NCBI GenBank assembly: GCA_965218435.1
Contig: CBDCKW010000009.1
Coordinates: 1,184,001-1,248,000, forward strand
From: Truepera sp.
GTDB lineage: Bacteria > Deinococcota > Deinococci > Deinococcales > Trueperaceae
Direction of reading: 5' to 3'
DNA: 64,000 nucleotides
The stretch's first letter is position 1. Each line of letters opens with the position of its first letter. The translations under genes and the position numbers were made by a program. Under the pieces are notes generated by a model, which searched no databases, was not told the origin of the DNA, and saw only the letters and a program-made list of their open reading frames with translations. Shown here piece by piece: positions 51,653 to 62,667 of this stretch.

Positions 51653-52201
51653 GTGCTGTGGATCGTACTTGGACTGCTCGTTGTTGTCGCCCTCATCGGG
51701 GTCACGCTTTACAACCGTATCACCGTTTTAGAAAACCGGATTAAAAACGCTTGGGCGCAGATCGATGTGCAGCTCAAACGCCGTAATGATCTCATTCCAA
51801 ATCTGCTCGAGACGGTCAAAGGCTACGCTACCCACGAGCGTGAGCTGTTTACCCAACTCGGTGAGGCGCGTGAACGTTCGCTCCGGGCAACGACAGTACC
51901 CGAACAAGCCGAAGCTTCGAATCAGGTGACGAACGCCCTGCGGAGTGTATTTGCCGTCGCTGAAAATTACCCTGAACTTAAAGCCAACCAAAACTTTTTG
52001 GCTTTGCAAACCGAGTTGTCCCAAACTGAAAATAAAATCGCCTACGCGCGGCAGTTTTACAATGATGCGGTGCTCCAATTTAACAACGCTATTCAGACAG
52101 TTCCCGGCGTGTTTGTAGCAGGGCCGATGGGTAAAACGCCGCAGGTTGCGCTCGAGACCCCTGAAACCGAACGAGCAGTTCCGAAAGTGTCGTTTAGCTG
52201 A
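51653..52201 (+). CDS. lemA: LemA family protein
   Basis: N-terminal TM, AWAQIDVQLKRRNDLIPNL and ENYPELKA. Confidence 0.94.
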   Translation: MLWIVLGLLVVVALIGVTLYNRITVLENRIKNAWAQIDVQLKRRNDLIPNLLETVKGYATHERELFTQLGEARERSLRATTVPEQAEASNQVTNALRSVFAVAENYPELKANQNFLALQTELSQTENKIAYARQFYNDAVLQFNNAIQTVPGVFVAGPMGKTPQVALETPETERAVPKVSFS

Positions 52202-52207
52202 GACTTA

Positions 52208-52356
52208 GAACCTGTCCGAATCAGGTGCGCCTGTCTGAGCTAGGTCGGAGACATCTTTGGAATATCGCTTGCGCCCTTTGAGAGCGTATATCTCCAGCTA
52301 TTTGGTTTGGGTAGAAAGCCGTCTAGCACGATAAGAAGCATTTTACGGATAGGTTC
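52208..52356. mobile_element. 149-bp MITE with TTA target duplication
   Basis: TIRs GAACCTGTCCG / rc GAACCTATCCG. TTA on both sides (52205-07, 52357-59). Confidence 0.75.
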
Positions 52357-52373
52357 TTAAACCTGTTCAAATC

Positions 52374-52408
52374 AAAAACCCCCACACTCTTTACTAAGTG
52401 CGGGGGTT
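52374..52408 (-). terminator. rpsA terminator
   Basis: AACCCCC(A)CACT/AGTG(C)GGGGGTT stem with a flanking A-run. Confidence 0.7.
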
Positions 52409-52423
52409 CATCGTCAAAACTTT

Positions 52424-54712
52424 TTATGCAGAAGGCTCTTTTTCCTCTTCAGGTTGAGCCGTCTCTGAGGTTTCACTCTGCGTCTCAGGCGTGCTGGGCG
52501 CTGGGCGTCTGCCCTGGCGGAACGCAGCGGTTAAGAGTGCCGCAGCTTCAGCCGCGTCTATCGCGTTTTCCGGTTCTTCTTCCGGCGCTTTGGGCGCTTC
52601 TTTCTGCTCGACCGGAGCCGGTTCAGCTGGGGCCACTGAGGTCTGCGGTTCAGCGGTGCCGGTGTCAGCTGCTGGTGCTGAGGAGGCCGCTGTATCGGCG
52701 CTTACCTCATCACCCGAACTGCTCCCTACGTCGTCCTGAGCTTGCGTATCCGTGTCAGGTTGTGACTGGCTGTCGCTCAAACCAAACTGGGCGAACAGGT
52801 CGGCGTAAACGTCGCCCAACTTGGTCGTGGTTTTGCTGCCTGCGTCGGCACTCGCATACGAGTAGTCGTAGTCAATGCCCTGGCTCCGGCGACCGCCACG
52901 GCGACCCCCTTTGCGGCCTCCGCCTCGGCTCTGCGGTGCGCCGAGCGGTGCGCCGCCTTCATAGCTACCTTCGCCCGCGCTGAACGGCAGAGTGCGTTTA
53001 CGCGACAAGCTGGCGCGCTGCTCGATGGGGTCGATGTTCAAGATAACGGCGGTGATCTCGTCACCCTTATTAAAGTGCTGGCTGATGTCCTCGATGTGCT
53101 CGTGGGCTAGCTCGCTGATGTGAACCAAGCCCTCGATACCCTCTTCGATCTCCATAAAGACGCCGAAATCGGTCAGGCCGGTGATCGGGCCGGTAACTTC
53201 CGTACCGGGCGGGAAGCGGTCGGGTAGGCTCGACCACGGATCGGGTTGGGTCTGGCGTAAACCGAGCGAAATCCGCTGCTGCGGCACGTCAATCTTGAGG
53301 ACCATCGCCTCGACTTCTTGGCCCTCTTCGACGACCTCTTTAGGGTGCCGGACGCGCTTGGTCCAGCTCATCTCCGAGACGTGAATCAGCCCCTCGAGCC
53401 CCGACTCGATCTCGACAAACGCGCCGAACGGCGTGATGTTGGTGACCTTACCGGCGACTTTTTGGCCGATATGGTAGTTGGCCAAAACGTTTTCCCACGG
53501 GTCGCCCTTGAGAGACTTCATAGACAAGTTGATACGTTCGCGCTCCAAGTCCATGTCCATAACTTCGACCTGAACTTTTTGCCCGACTTCTAAAACTTCG
53601 CGGGGGTGGTTAAAGCGGCCGTGCGTGATCTCGCTGCGGTGAACAAGGCCGTCTACGCCGCCCAAGTTGACAAACGCACCGAAGTCCGTGATTTCAACGA
53701 CTTCACCCTCCAACTTGGCACCGGGCTCGAGCTTTTTAAGCGTCTCTTCTTTAAGGCCCGCGAGCTCTTCTTCCATAATCGAGCGGCGCGAGATAATCAC
53801 GCGGTTGCGGCGGCGGTTGAGTTCGATGATCCGAACCCGCATCCGCTGCCCGACATACGGCGAAAGGTCGTTGATCCGGCGCACATCTACTTGGCTGGCG
53901 GGTAAAAACGCCCGCACGCCCAAGTTGGCGACTAAACCGCCCCGAACTTTTTCAACGATTTCAACTTCAACCGGTAGTTTCTTGTCAAAGATGTCTTGCA
54001 AGAGGTTCCACGCACGCTCTTGGTCGGCGCGTTTTTTCGACAAGATGATGGTGCTGTTGGGGATGTCTACGCGGATCGCGTAAACTTGCAACTCGTCACC
54101 GGGCTTAAAGTATTTGGCAGCTTCGGTGGCGTCGGCTTCAAACTCGAAGAGCTGGTTGTAAGGGACCAAACCCTCAACTTTTTGGCCCACATCAACGACT
54201 AAACCCTCTTGTGAGAGCATAATGACCGTGCCGGTGGTGAGCATCCCACGGTGAATGGGTTTGCGGGCGAGTTGCTCGTCCGAGGCGGCCATCACTTCTT
54301 CCATGGTCATACCCTGGCCGTCGTCATCTTGGTTGCTCGTGTCCTGGCTGCTCGCTGATGCGCTCTGACTGGCATTTTGGGCTACGTCTGCCTGAGAAGC
54401 GTCAGTCTGAGCTGTGTCCGTCGCCCTGGCTTCATCTTCTCGGGGGATGACGTCGGCCGCAACCGGGGTTTCTTCCGCAGCTTCTGCCAGGGCTGCTCCT
54501 GTATCTGCAGCGGCGTTTACGGTGTCGTCCTCAGTACTTTGAGTGGGTTTGGCGTCGGCGTCCTCTGGGGTAGAAACTGAGTTAGGGGTCTCAGCCGACG
54601 CTGCGCTTTCACCCTGAATGGGCGCAGTGGTCGGTGCCTCGGTCGAACCGGGGTTCTGGGCTTGGTCGGTGCCGGATACAGGGTGTCCGGTCTGGTTTTC
54701 CTTTTGATCCAT
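52424..54712 (-). CDS. rpsA: 30S ribosomal protein S1 with long disordered termini
   Basis: Five S1 repeats (e.g. FGAFV...GLVHRSEI). AGGAGG RBS. Confidence 0.95.
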   Translation of the reverse strand: MDQKENQTGHPVSGTDQAQNPGSTEAPTTAPIQGESAASAETPNSVSTPEDADAKPTQSTEDDTVNAAADTGAALAEAAEETPVAADVIPREDEARATDTAQTDASQADVAQNASQSASASSQDTSNQDDDGQGMTMEEVMAASDEQLARKPIHRGMLTTGTVIMLSQEGLVVDVGQKVEGLVPYNQLFEFEADATEAAKYFKPGDELQVYAIRVDIPNSTIILSKKRADQERAWNLLQDIFDKKLPVEVEIVEKVRGGLVANLGVRAFLPASQVDVRRINDLSPYVGQRMRVRIIELNRRRNRVIISRRSIMEEELAGLKEETLKKLEPGAKLEGEVVEITDFGAFVNLGGVDGLVHRSEITHGRFNHPREVLEVGQKVQVEVMDMDLERERINLSMKSLKGDPWENVLANYHIGQKVAGKVTNITPFGAFVEIESGLEGLIHVSEMSWTKRVRHPKEVVEEGQEVEAMVLKIDVPQQRISLGLRQTQPDPWSSLPDRFPPGTEVTGPITGLTDFGVFMEIEEGIEGLVHISELAHEHIEDISQHFNKGDEITAVILNIDPIEQRASLSRKRTLPFSAGEGSYEGGAPLGAPQSRGGGRKGGRRGGRRSQGIDYDYSYASADAGSKTTTKLGDVYADLFAQFGLSDSQSQPDTDTQAQDDVGSSSGDEVSADTAASSAPAADTGTAEPQTSVAPAEPAPVEQKEAPKAPEEEPENAIDAAEAAALLTAAFRQGRRPAPSTPETQSETSETAQPEEEKEPSA

Positions 54713-54971
54713 GTTAAGGGGGTTCCTCCTTGCCTAAGCTGTGGCAACATTCTTATTTAAGCACGAATCTCTGCGGTACACAAGGCTTGCTGACGTTATC
54801 TAAGCGTATCGACCTTAGCTAAAACGCAGACTGAGCCGAAACTACGAACAAGCTGTGCGACGCGGGGATCAGTAACTTTTCTACTATAGCAGAATTCTTA
54901 GGTTTTGCGTAAGGGTAGCCTACGATTATGTTGTCCTAGTGGGGCGTTTTTACGGCGATCTAGCCGAGAAA

Positions 54972-56165
54972 TTAAGTTTGGCCGACTAAAAGTGCAATTT
55001 TAACGCCGCCGTTATGAAACTCACGTTTTTTAGACACGTCTAATGTGACCCAACTCGGGTCGGGTGTAAGCAGCGCAAAGGTCCATCCCGGCGACTGGGA
55101 TAGCGTAGCCGACAGATCAGCGTAAAGCTGGCGGGCGTCTTTAGCACTCAGCCGTCTGCCGTAGGGCGGATTGCTCACGAGCAGGGCGTGTTCGGCACTG
55201 GTTTTAAGCGTGTGGTAGGGAAGCGTGCGGGCGTCTGCGGCGCTAAACTGCACAGTGCCCGCAACCCCGGCGCGTTCGGCGTTGTGCTGCGCGGCACCTA
55301 AAATCTGTGCGTCTTGATCAAACCCGAAAAGCTGAACACCGGCCGGATGTTCCCCAGCTTTGGCCTCACGTTTGAGGCGTTCCCACAAAGGACTTTGAAA
55401 GCCTGGGAGGGCTTCAAAGGCAAACGTGCGCCCACCTCCGGGCATAGCGCCGCGTAAAAGGCGGGCGGCCTCGAGCAAAAATGTGCCGCTGCCACACATG
55501 GGGTCAACGATCAGGTCAAATTGCTTGAAATCTACCGTTTCTAAAATGGCGGCGGCGAGCGTTTCACGTAAAGGTGCGCCGCCGACGTGCGTCCGGTAAC
55601 CGCGCCGGTGCAAATGCTCACCGCTGGTATCTAAGCTCAAGGTACAGCGGTCTTGAAACAGGCGCACATGAACATTTAACGCTGCCTCATCTGACAAGTC
55701 CGGGTGAAGTCCCAACGGTAGCAGGGCCGTTTGCACCGCACTAAAAACCGTCTCGGCAATTTTCGGCGGATAGTGAAGCCTCGAGCTGCGGCTGCTGACG
55801 CTAAACTTCACCTGTGGTTGGAAGCCGACAAACCGTTCCCACGGTACTTTGACCGCTTTGTTATAGAGCATCGGATACGACTGCGCCAAAAATTCGGCCA
55901 TCCGCCATAAGACGCGGTGGGCGCTGGCGAGTTGCAAATTCGCGTGGTACATCGCCCGGTAAGGCCCCCGAAACTCGACGCCGCCACGGACAATTTTAGC
56001 GTCGCTGATGTTCGGCAATGCTTGAACTTCAGCGAGTAACACCGCTTCAAACCCCGGTGCGCCAACGGCTAAAAAGTCGTGCGTTTCTTTAAGGACGTAG
56101 CGTTTAAGGCGGCGCTCCAAGGCTCGAGGGGTAAGCGTACTCACCTTAAAGTCCGGTACGGGCAA
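54972..56165 (-). CDS. THUMP-domain class I SAM-dependent RNA methyltransferase (RlmL-like)
   Basis: LDTSGEHLHRRGYR, APLRETLAAA, DPMCGSGT and NPPYG. Start uncertain. Confidence 0.9.
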   Translation of the reverse strand: MPVPDFKVSTLTPRALERRLKRYVLKETHDFLAVGAPGFEAVLLAEVQALPNISDAKIVRGGVEFRGPYRAMYHANLQLASAHRVLWRMAEFLAQSYPMLYNKAVKVPWERFVGFQPQVKFSVSSRSSRLHYPPKIAETVFSAVQTALLPLGLHPDLSDEAALNVHVRLFQDRCTLSLDTSGEHLHRRGYRTHVGGAPLRETLAAAILETVDFKQFDLIVDPMCGSGTFLLEAARLLRGAMPGGGRTFAFEALPGFQSPLWERLKREAKAGEHPAGVQLFGFDQDAQILGAAQHNAERAGVAGTVQFSAADARTLPYHTLKTSAEHALLVSNPPYGRRLSAKDARQLYADLSATLSQSPGWTFALLTPDPSWVTLDVSKKREFHNGGVKIALLVGQT

Positions 56166-56437
56166 AGCTCCGGGCAGTTCCTCGAGACGCCGAGCAAACT
56201 CGCCGTTTGGCTTAAAATTTGGGTAGTCGTAGGGGACGCCATAATGACCATGATGCTACGAGTCGGGCAACTAAAGTCAACTCTGGATGAGGTGACGTTG
56301 GGTGAAACCCGCAGCTATCTTCGGGAGCTGATTTGTAAAAAGATGCCGACGGTCGTTTATTGTGAAACAGGAGGTTGCAACGCTCTTTTAGGCCGACGGT
56401 TACAGCGCTCGAGGTTGAGCCGTTACCAAGACACCTA

Positions 56438-56667
56438 GAGCGTGTTATGAACTCCAGTCACAAGATGAGTTCCTGGAAGCCGTTGTAGACGCAAGCTTCG
56501 GCCCTAAGCCTGCTCGCACCTTCAGGTACGGCAACTACCCAACCGTCAAGGACAAGTTCCGTAAGGCTTGTAAAAGCCAAGTAGAGCCTTAGAAAAGCCC
56601 AGCAGGACGGAACACTGCGAGCATTCCCAACTGAGCAAGACCCGCTTCGGAAGTTCATCGCAGCCTC
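56438..56667. mobile_element. Diverged relative of the 220-bp MITE (~230 bp)
   Basis: Identical left end CTAGAGCGTGTTATGAACTC, shared internal AGCAGGACGGA and a degenerate right end GTTCATCGCAGCCTC. Confidence 0.55.
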
Positions 56668-56939
56668 CAGGTTTTAGCCTGAACCCTAACTCCAACATTT
56701 TCACAAAGGCTTACTACCAGCCTACTTTCGGGGACATACCTGCTTTGGGCGCTTGATCTGTGAGCGTTTTTTTCACCGCCCCTGAACATTCGCCTGTAGC
56801 CTTAGCCAATAGAAGCTCACTTTTGCTAGAAGGGCATGCACAGCAAGCAGAACCCTTTGCCTTGAGGTAGCAGTGGGAGTTAGTAGAGCCAAACGGTAAC
56901 GATCAGACTTTAGTCCAGCCCACGACGTCACACATCCTA

Positions 56940-57772
56940 GGCTCAGGACTCATTAACTGAGATAGAAGATAACGGTTGCGGCGATGCAGATGGCGGAGAA
57001 GAAGGTGTGGGCGCAGCTATCGTAGCGCATGGCGATGCGCCTCCAGTCCTTAAGTTTAGCGAACATGTTCTCGATTTTGTGACGTTTTTTGTAGAGGTTG
57101 GCGTCATAAGCGGTGAAGGCGTTACGATTGTTCTTCGGCGGTATGCAAGGCGTTATGCCTTTGGCTTTCAGGGCGCTTCTAAACCAGTCGGCGTCGTAGC
57201 CTCGATCGGCAATCATCTCTTTGGCTTTGGGCAAGACGTCAAGCAAACGGGCTGCGCCTTTATAATCGCTTGTCTGCCCTTCGGTCAGCAGCAACGCCAC
57301 CAGCTTGCCCTCACCATCACATACCGCATGAAGCTTGGAGTTCAGGCCGCCTTTTGTACGTCCGATACCGCGAGGAACAGCCCTTTTTTTAACAGGCTTG
57401 CGGCCGTGCGGTGGGCTTTCAGATGCGTGGCGTCGATCATCAGCCGCTCGGACTCGCTACTTTTGGCCAGTTCCTCGAATATCCGGTTGAACACACCTAG
57501 ACGGCTCCAGCGAACAAAACGGTTATATAGCGTCTTGTACGGGCCATATGCACGTGGTGCGTCTTTCCACTGCAGACCGTTACGAAGAACATAAATGATG
57601 CCACTTACCACCCACCAGTCATCCACCCGTGCAATCCCGTGTGAACGTGGAAAATACGGCTTGATGCGCTCAAGCTGCGGCTCTGTCAGTAAAAAAGGTG
57701 TGCTCATAGCAATCCCTCTTACCATAGAATATACGGGCAATTTCTCTGAAGCTGATTGATGAGTCCTGAACC
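56940..57772 (-). mobile_element. IS5-family (IS427-like) element with two-ORF, -1 frameshift transposase
   Basis: TIRs GGCTCAGGACTCAT / rc GGTTCAGGACTCAT with TA duplication. orfA starts at 57707, an A7G slippery run lies at 57383-57390, and orfB (GGLNSKLH, ADRGYD, RHKIENMF) ends at 56953. Confidence 0.92.
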
Positions 57773-57951
57773 TAACCAACTCAACCGTTGGCGGTGCTTT
57801 AACCACTTCGTTCGGTGGTCGGGGTGCTCGAGCTCAAACCGGGCACGTGACACGGGTACGCCGCTAAAGCTGCTACGCTGAAGCTACCCCCACAAAAAGC
57901 GGGTTGTGCTTTCGGCAGTGGCTAGGGCCGGACACCGAAACGGAGTGCGCC

Positions 57952-58284
57952 ATGTCCCAAAAAGGGTTTGATGTTTTACGAGAAGCCACCGACTCGCGTT
58001 ACCGCCTGTCTATTGTGGTTGGTAGGCGCGCCGCGCAGCTTAAAAAGGGTGTGCCCTCGACCTTGACCGGTAAAGTTATCCCCGACGCTGAAAACGCGGT
58101 TACGGCGGCGATGGCCGAACTCGAGCACGGCAGCGGCGTCCGCTGGGACAACGACCTGCCGAGCGCGGACGTGATCAATACCCAAGTTCAGCGCGACCTC
58201 AAAAGTGCGGCTGAAGAGCCCAGGCGCTACAGCGTCTTACAAGATAACCTCGAGCACAAAAGAGACGGTGACAACGCTTTTTAG
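57952..58284 (+). CDS. rpoZ: RNA polymerase omega subunit
   Basis: DSRYRLSIVVGRRAAQL and NAVTAAMAEL. GGAG RBS. Confidence 0.9.
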   Translation: MSQKGFDVLREATDSRYRLSIVVGRRAAQLKKGVPSTLTGKVIPDAENAVTAAMAELEHGSGVRWDNDLPSADVINTQVQRDLKSAAEEPRRYSVLQDNLEHKRDGDNAF

Positions 58285-58327
58285 CTATGTATTACGGCTA
58301 AAAGTTGCTCAGCTGTAAATAGACGGC

Positions 58328-58479
58328 TTGTGCTAGGGCTTGAGATAGTCTATAATCGGGGTATCTGCAACAAAGCGAGCGTTGTGGTTCGGGCAGCGGC
58401 CCGAAGTTGTCTACTGCAATGCGCTTACAGCAATACAGCTTTTACGTGTACTGTGCGGTAGAAGAAAGATTGGTATAGA
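58328..58479 (+). promoter_or_regulatory. Sigma70 promoter and long structured 5' UTR of the cold-shock gene
   Basis: TTGTGC-N17-TATAAT (58351) followed by a ~115-nt leader with hairpins such as TTCGGGC/GCCCGAA. Confidence 0.6.
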
Positions 58480-58728
58480 ATGGCAACAGGCAAAGTCAAG
58501 TGGTTTAACGGCGAAAAAGGTTTCGGTTTTATCGAGCAAGAAGGCGGCGGCGAAGACCTCTTCGTTCACTTCTCAGCGATTACCGGCGACGGCTACCGCA
58601 ACCTCAACGAAGGCGACGAAGTCGAGTTCGACACCGAACGCGGCCAAAAAGGGATGCAGGCGACCAACGTCAAGGTCACCAACGCTGCGCCCGCGTCGCA
58701 GCGTTCATCGCGCGGTTCGCGCTACTAA
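58480..58728 (+). CDS. Cold-shock protein
   Basis: GKVKWFN, KGFGFI (RNP1) and FVHFS (RNP2). Confidence 0.96.
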   Translation: MATGKVKWFNGEKGFGFIEQEGGGEDLFVHFSAITGDGYRNLNEGDEVEFDTERGQKGMQATNVKVTNAAPASQRSSRGSRY

Positions 58729-58772
58729 CCCGCAACCAGGGTTTGTAAAAGCAGTACCAGCCTAAAAGAACG

Positions 58773-58801
58773 AACGCCCGGTTTTGCACCGGGCGTTTTT
58801 T
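58773..58801 (+). terminator. Intrinsic terminator after csp
   Basis: AACGCCCGGT/ACCGGGCGTT stem plus a T-run. Confidence 0.8.
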
Positions 58802-58989
58802 GTGTTCGCCGGGTCTAACAACGCTGGGTCCGATAACTTTAGGTCTGATAAGTCACTGCTGCTTGATAAAATACGCTTTAGCGTCTCTAGGGTTCGGTAA
58901 GGCGACCTGAAGACGGCTCTGCTTTTGCTTATTCGAATACGCCACTAATTTGGCTCAGCTTTGAGGTCAGCAAATGCTAGGCTCTCCTA

Positions 58990-59286
58990 ATGAGACGCTA
59001 CCTTATCCTGACCGACGACTACGGCGACGTGTTGGCTGAACTTGACGAAACTCCGCGCAACGCCCTCGACGGGCCGCTCTTTAAGCTCAGCCGCCCGAAC
59101 GCTGAGCGGCAAGACGTGATCGAGGTGCCCCTACGCGCGTTTAGTGCCAAGATGGTTGACGTCATTGAGATTGTCGGTACCGGCGACTTTAACGCCCCGC
59201 CGAAAGTGCTCGAGCTACTCAAAAAAGAAAAAGCGACCGAAGAACTGACCCGGATCGAGCGGTGGGCGAAAGATAATCCTACCTAA
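58990..59286 (+). CDS. Hypothetical protein
   Basis: Leaderless TAGGCT 6 nt before ATG and host-like codon usage. Confidence 0.7.
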   Translation: MRRYLILTDDYGDVLAELDETPRNALDGPLFKLSRPNAERQDVIEVPLRAFSAKMVDVIEIVGTGDFNAPPKVLELLKKEKATEELTRIERWAKDNPT

Positions 59287-59382
59287 CATCTAGCCTAGCT
59301 GTAGGCCGTGTACGCATAGCTGCATGTACCAGAAGGTGAAATTGGAGCAGAGCGTTGCCGACTAGCTAATTCTCCAGCTGAG

Positions 59383-59937
59383 CTAGCCCCGGCTCAGCTC
59401 CGGTTCCATGTCCTCGTCTAACTCGACGACCTCACCAAGCTGTTCTAACGTCCCTTTATAAAGCTGAACGGCGAGTGCCTGAACTTCATTGACGGCGGCC
59501 GGCCCGGTCAAGGTCGGGTTGAGGCGTGCGTGCGCGACGTTTAGGCTCGCAGCCAAAACTTCAGCGAAGATAGGCCAAGGGCCGTTAAACGGCTCTTGGG
59601 CGTCGGCGGTCTCGGTTTGTACGTGCGCTGCTGGTCTCGGCGCAGTTGTACCGTCACGTGAGACAGCTTGCCCTGAGCCATCTTGCCCTGAGCCATCTTG
59701 CCCTGAGCCATCTTGCCCTGAGCCATCTTGCAGGGTCGCCAGCGCCTCTTCGCTGGCGCGGCGTTCAGCGTCTCGTTTGGTACCGCCTTCACCTTCGCCG
59801 TAAACCACGTTGCGAATCGTTACGGTACTTTCAAAAAGGGGTTCGTGTTCGGGGCCGGTGTTGTGCGTTTCAAACGTCGGCTTGCCGAGGCCCAGCTGTT
59901 TCGCTCTTTCAATTAAGACGCCTTTGGGGTGTTGCAT
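59383..59937 (-). CDS. Double-stranded RNA-binding motif protein
   Basis: HPKGVL, GPEHEPLF and GEGGTKRDAERRAS. GGAG RBS. Confidence 0.85.
   Translation of the reverse strand: MQHPKGVLIERAKQLGLGKPTFETHNTGPEHEPLFESTVTIRNVVYGEGEGGTKRDAERRASEEALATLQDGSGQDGSGQDGSGQDGSGQAVSRDGTTAPRPAAHVQTETADAQEPFNGPWPIFAEVLAASLNVAHARLNPTLTGPAAVNEVQALAVQLYKGTLEQLGEVVELDEDMEPELSRG
59667..59731. repeat. 15-bp tandem repeat x4 encoding (DGSGQ)4
   Basis: CTTGCCCTGAGCCAT repeated perfectly four times plus 5 nt. Confidence 0.95.
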
Positions 59938-60043
59938 CTGACTCCTTTGATCGTATTAGTCATGCTTTTACCTTTCCCGTACGGGGATCAGCTTCGTCGT
60001 AGGGGCTATCTTACCGCGCCCCTTAAAGCGTTAGCATAGCCTT

Positions 60044-60721
60044 ATGACGCGCCTTTTGCTCTGCGACGACCATACGATGTTCCGCCAGGGTTTGCGCAGT
60101 ATTTTGGAGACTGAAGAGGGCTTTCGGGTGATCGGTGAGGCGGCGACCGGCCGTGAAGCGGTGCGTTACGCTCTCTCGACACACCCGGATGTAATTGTCA
60201 TGGACATTCAGATGCCCGACCTTGACGGCGTGGCGGCGACTAAAACTATCTTAGAAGAGTTTCCGAGCGCGAAAGTTATCATCCTGACGATGTACCGCCA
60301 AGACCGTTATGTGTTCGAGGCGATCAAGGCGGGCGCGTACGGCTACCTCTTAAAAGATGCCGGGGCGGACGACCTGATCAGCGCGATTCGCCGGGTGGCC
60401 GAGGGCGAACTGCTTTTACGCCCTGAGCTGGCGTCGTCGGTACTCGATGAGTTTCGGCGGGTCAAAGAGAGTCCGGCGGCCTCGAGCCACATGTCGGAAC
60501 TGACCGAACGCGAGGCGATGATTCTCAGGTTGCTGGCGCAAGGCGCTTCAAACGTGCAGATTGCCGACGAGTTGGGGGTCAGCGAAAAAACCGTTCGTAA
60601 CCGGCTTTCAGAAATCTTCTCTAAACTGCGGCTCAACAACCGCACCCAAGCGGCACTTTACGCCCTCCGTGAGGGCATCGCTACGCTCTCTAAAGGCGAC
60701 TCGATGACGGGCGGCCGGTGA
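60044..60721 (+). CDS. NarL/LuxR-family response regulator
   Basis: CDDH, MDIQMP, GYLLK and a LuxR HTH. Leaderless TAGCAT. Confidence 0.95.
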   Translation: MTRLLLCDDHTMFRQGLRSILETEEGFRVIGEAATGREAVRYALSTHPDVIVMDIQMPDLDGVAATKTILEEFPSAKVIILTMYRQDRYVFEAIKAGAYGYLLKDAGADDLISAIRRVAEGELLLRPELASSVLDEFRRVKESPAASSHMSELTEREAMILRLLAQGASNVQIADELGVSEKTVRNRLSEIFSKLRLNNRTQAALYALREGIATLSKGDSMTGGR

Positions 60722-60942
60722 CGCGGTTTCGCGCAGGCTGTAAACGCGAATGTGATGGCCCCGACGACCTCGCTGAGCTGGCCTATACCGCGCTCGCCTA
60801 CCCGGAATGTCCGGGGTGTCCGCACCGCCTCGAGCCTGAGGGTTCAAGTTCAGCGCCCGCTAGTTTTTGCCGTTGGTTACCGGTTGATACGCCGAATCCG
60901 TTCGCGGCGCTGGCCGGGTTTCGTGACGGGCTCGAGCCCTGA
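60718..60942 (+). CDS. Small Cys-rich protein
   Basis: GTGA overlap with the regulator; CxxxC...CxxCxH...C pattern. Confidence 0.65.
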   Translation: MTRFRAGCKRECDGPDDLAELAYTALAYPECPGCPHRLEPEGSSSAPASFCRWLPVDTPNPFAALAGFRDGLEP

Positions 60943-60969
60943 TCTATAAAGCTCTATGAACCCTGAACT

Positions 60970-62076
60970 GTGACGGCTGACCTGAGCGAAATCACCGAGC
61001 TTTTGCGCACGATCTGCGAAACCCCGGCCCCGACCTTTGACGAAACTGCGCGCGGCGAACTCGTTGCGGGATTTTTAAGCGAAATGGGGCTTGCGCCCGT
61101 CACCGACGCCGTAGGTAACGTCACTGCCGAGGTACCGGGTGGCCGGGGGCCGCGTCTGCTGCTCGCAGCGCATCTCGATACCGTTTTCGGCGCGGACACT
61201 GACGTGCGCGTCCGCAAAGTGGGTAGCCGCTTGGCTGCGCCCGGTATCGGTGACAACAGCGCAAGTCTGGCTGTGCTGCTGACCTATCTGCGGCGCGTAC
61301 AGCGTGATCCTAAGTCTCATCCGCGTTTGACCTTTGCGGCAACCGTCGGTGAAGAAGGGTTAGGTAACCTCCGCGGTATCCGCGCGTTACTTGCCCGCAG
61401 AGCGCCTGACTTTGACGCTGTGATAGCCGTAGACGGGCACCTCGGCGCTCTGATCAATGCGGCGGTCGGGTCTCAGCGTTTTGAGTTTAGCTTTTCGGCA
61501 AAAGGAGGGCACTCGTGGGGCGACTTCCCCAGTCCGAGCGCGACGCACGCACTCGGTGAAGCGGTCACGGCACTCGCCAAGCTGCCGCTCGGGGTCGGGC
61601 CGCGCAGTTCGTACAACGTTGGGCAGGTGTGGGGCGGTACCGGGGTCAACGCGATTGCGCAGCGTGCCGGGTTCAACCTCGATTTAAGGAGTACCGACGC
61701 TGCACTGTTAGCGCACCTGAGCCGCGACGCGCAGGCGCGTGTAGAACGCGTTGCGGCGAGACACGAGGTTGAGCTGAGTGTTCAGCAGGTCGGTGACCGT
61801 CCGGCGGCAGTTTCCCCAAACGAGGGTCTTGTGCGCGCCGGTCAAGCGGCGCTCCGTGACCACGGGTTGCGGGCGCACCTCTCGGCGAGCAGCACCGACG
61901 CGAACGCGGCGCTGGCGCTCGGACTACCGGCGATCGCCTTCGGGGTCTACCGGGGCGGCGACGCGCACCGCCTCAGCGAGTGGCTCGAGCCCGAGTCGCT
62001 CGGCGTTGGATTAGACGTGCTGGGACGTTTGCTCGAGCGCCTCAGCGCCCTGTCACCCCACGATCTAAGCACCTGA
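60970..62076 (+). CDS. M20/M25/M40 metallo-hydrolase
   Basis: AHLDTV, GIGDN, GEEG, GGHSW, STDAN and AHRLSEW. Confidence 0.92.
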   Translation: MTADLSEITELLRTICETPAPTFDETARGELVAGFLSEMGLAPVTDAVGNVTAEVPGGRGPRLLLAAHLDTVFGADTDVRVRKVGSRLAAPGIGDNSASLAVLLTYLRRVQRDPKSHPRLTFAATVGEEGLGNLRGIRALLARRAPDFDAVIAVDGHLGALINAAVGSQRFEFSFSAKGGHSWGDFPSPSATHALGEAVTALAKLPLGVGPRSSYNVGQVWGGTGVNAIAQRAGFNLDLRSTDAALLAHLSRDAQARVERVAARHEVELSVQQVGDRPAAVSPNEGLVRAGQAALRDHGLRAHLSASSTDANAALALGLPAIAFGVYRGGDAHRLSEWLEPESLGVGLDVLGRLLERLSALSPHDLST

Positions 62077-62202
62077 CCTGCGCACCTAAGTTTTGTTGAC
62101 AGCGGCTTTCGTGATTGTGGTCGAGCCACCCGCTGCTGTACTCTGAATGCTTACTTCTCCCGGACGACCCGCTGCAAACGCTCCCGGCTCAGCTTACGAA
62201 CT

Positions 62203-62667
62203 TTAACTGCCTACGCCGCGCCGCCGCGCCTGCAGCGCCAGCTTGTCTACCAGTTCATTTTCAGCGTGTCCGGCGTGCCCTTTGGTCCACGACCAGGTGA
62301 GGGTGTGCTCGCCTGCGAGGTCTAAGAGTCTGAGCCACAAATCTTTATTTTTTACGGGTTGTTTGCTGGCAGTTTTCCAGCCGTTACGCTGCCAATTCCG
62401 GAGCCAGCCAGCGGTAAAGGCGTTTTTGAGGTACTGCGAATCGGTAACTATTGTTACGGCGCACGGCGCTTTGAGGGCCGAAAGTGCCTCGACTGCGGCG
62501 GTCAGCTCCATCCGGTTGTTCGTCGTCGCCGCTTCAAAGCCGGAGGCGGTTTTATGCCGGCCGCCGCAGCGCAGCAAGTAGCCCCAACCGCCGCGCCCGG
62601 TCGCCGTATCACACGACCCGTCGGTAAAAATTTCAACGCGTTGTACGCGCTTCTCGTCATTCGTCAT
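62203..62667 (-). CDS. rnhA: Ribonuclease HI
   Basis: TDGSC, TTNNRMEL, TDSQY, VKNKDLW and KGHAGHAENELVD. Leaderless TACACT. Confidence 0.96.
   Translation of the reverse strand: MTNDEKRVQRVEIFTDGSCDTATGRGGWGYLLRCGGRHKTASGFEAATTNNRMELTAAVEALSALKAPCAVTIVTDSQYLKNAFTAGWLRNWQRNGWKTASKQPVKNKDLWLRLLDLAGEHTLTWSWTKGHAGHAENELVDKLALQARRRGVGS

Noticed and set aside
56670..56939. Possible ncRNA between the MITE relative and IS5
   Set aside because: Only one terminator-like hairpin and no recognisable family or ORF.
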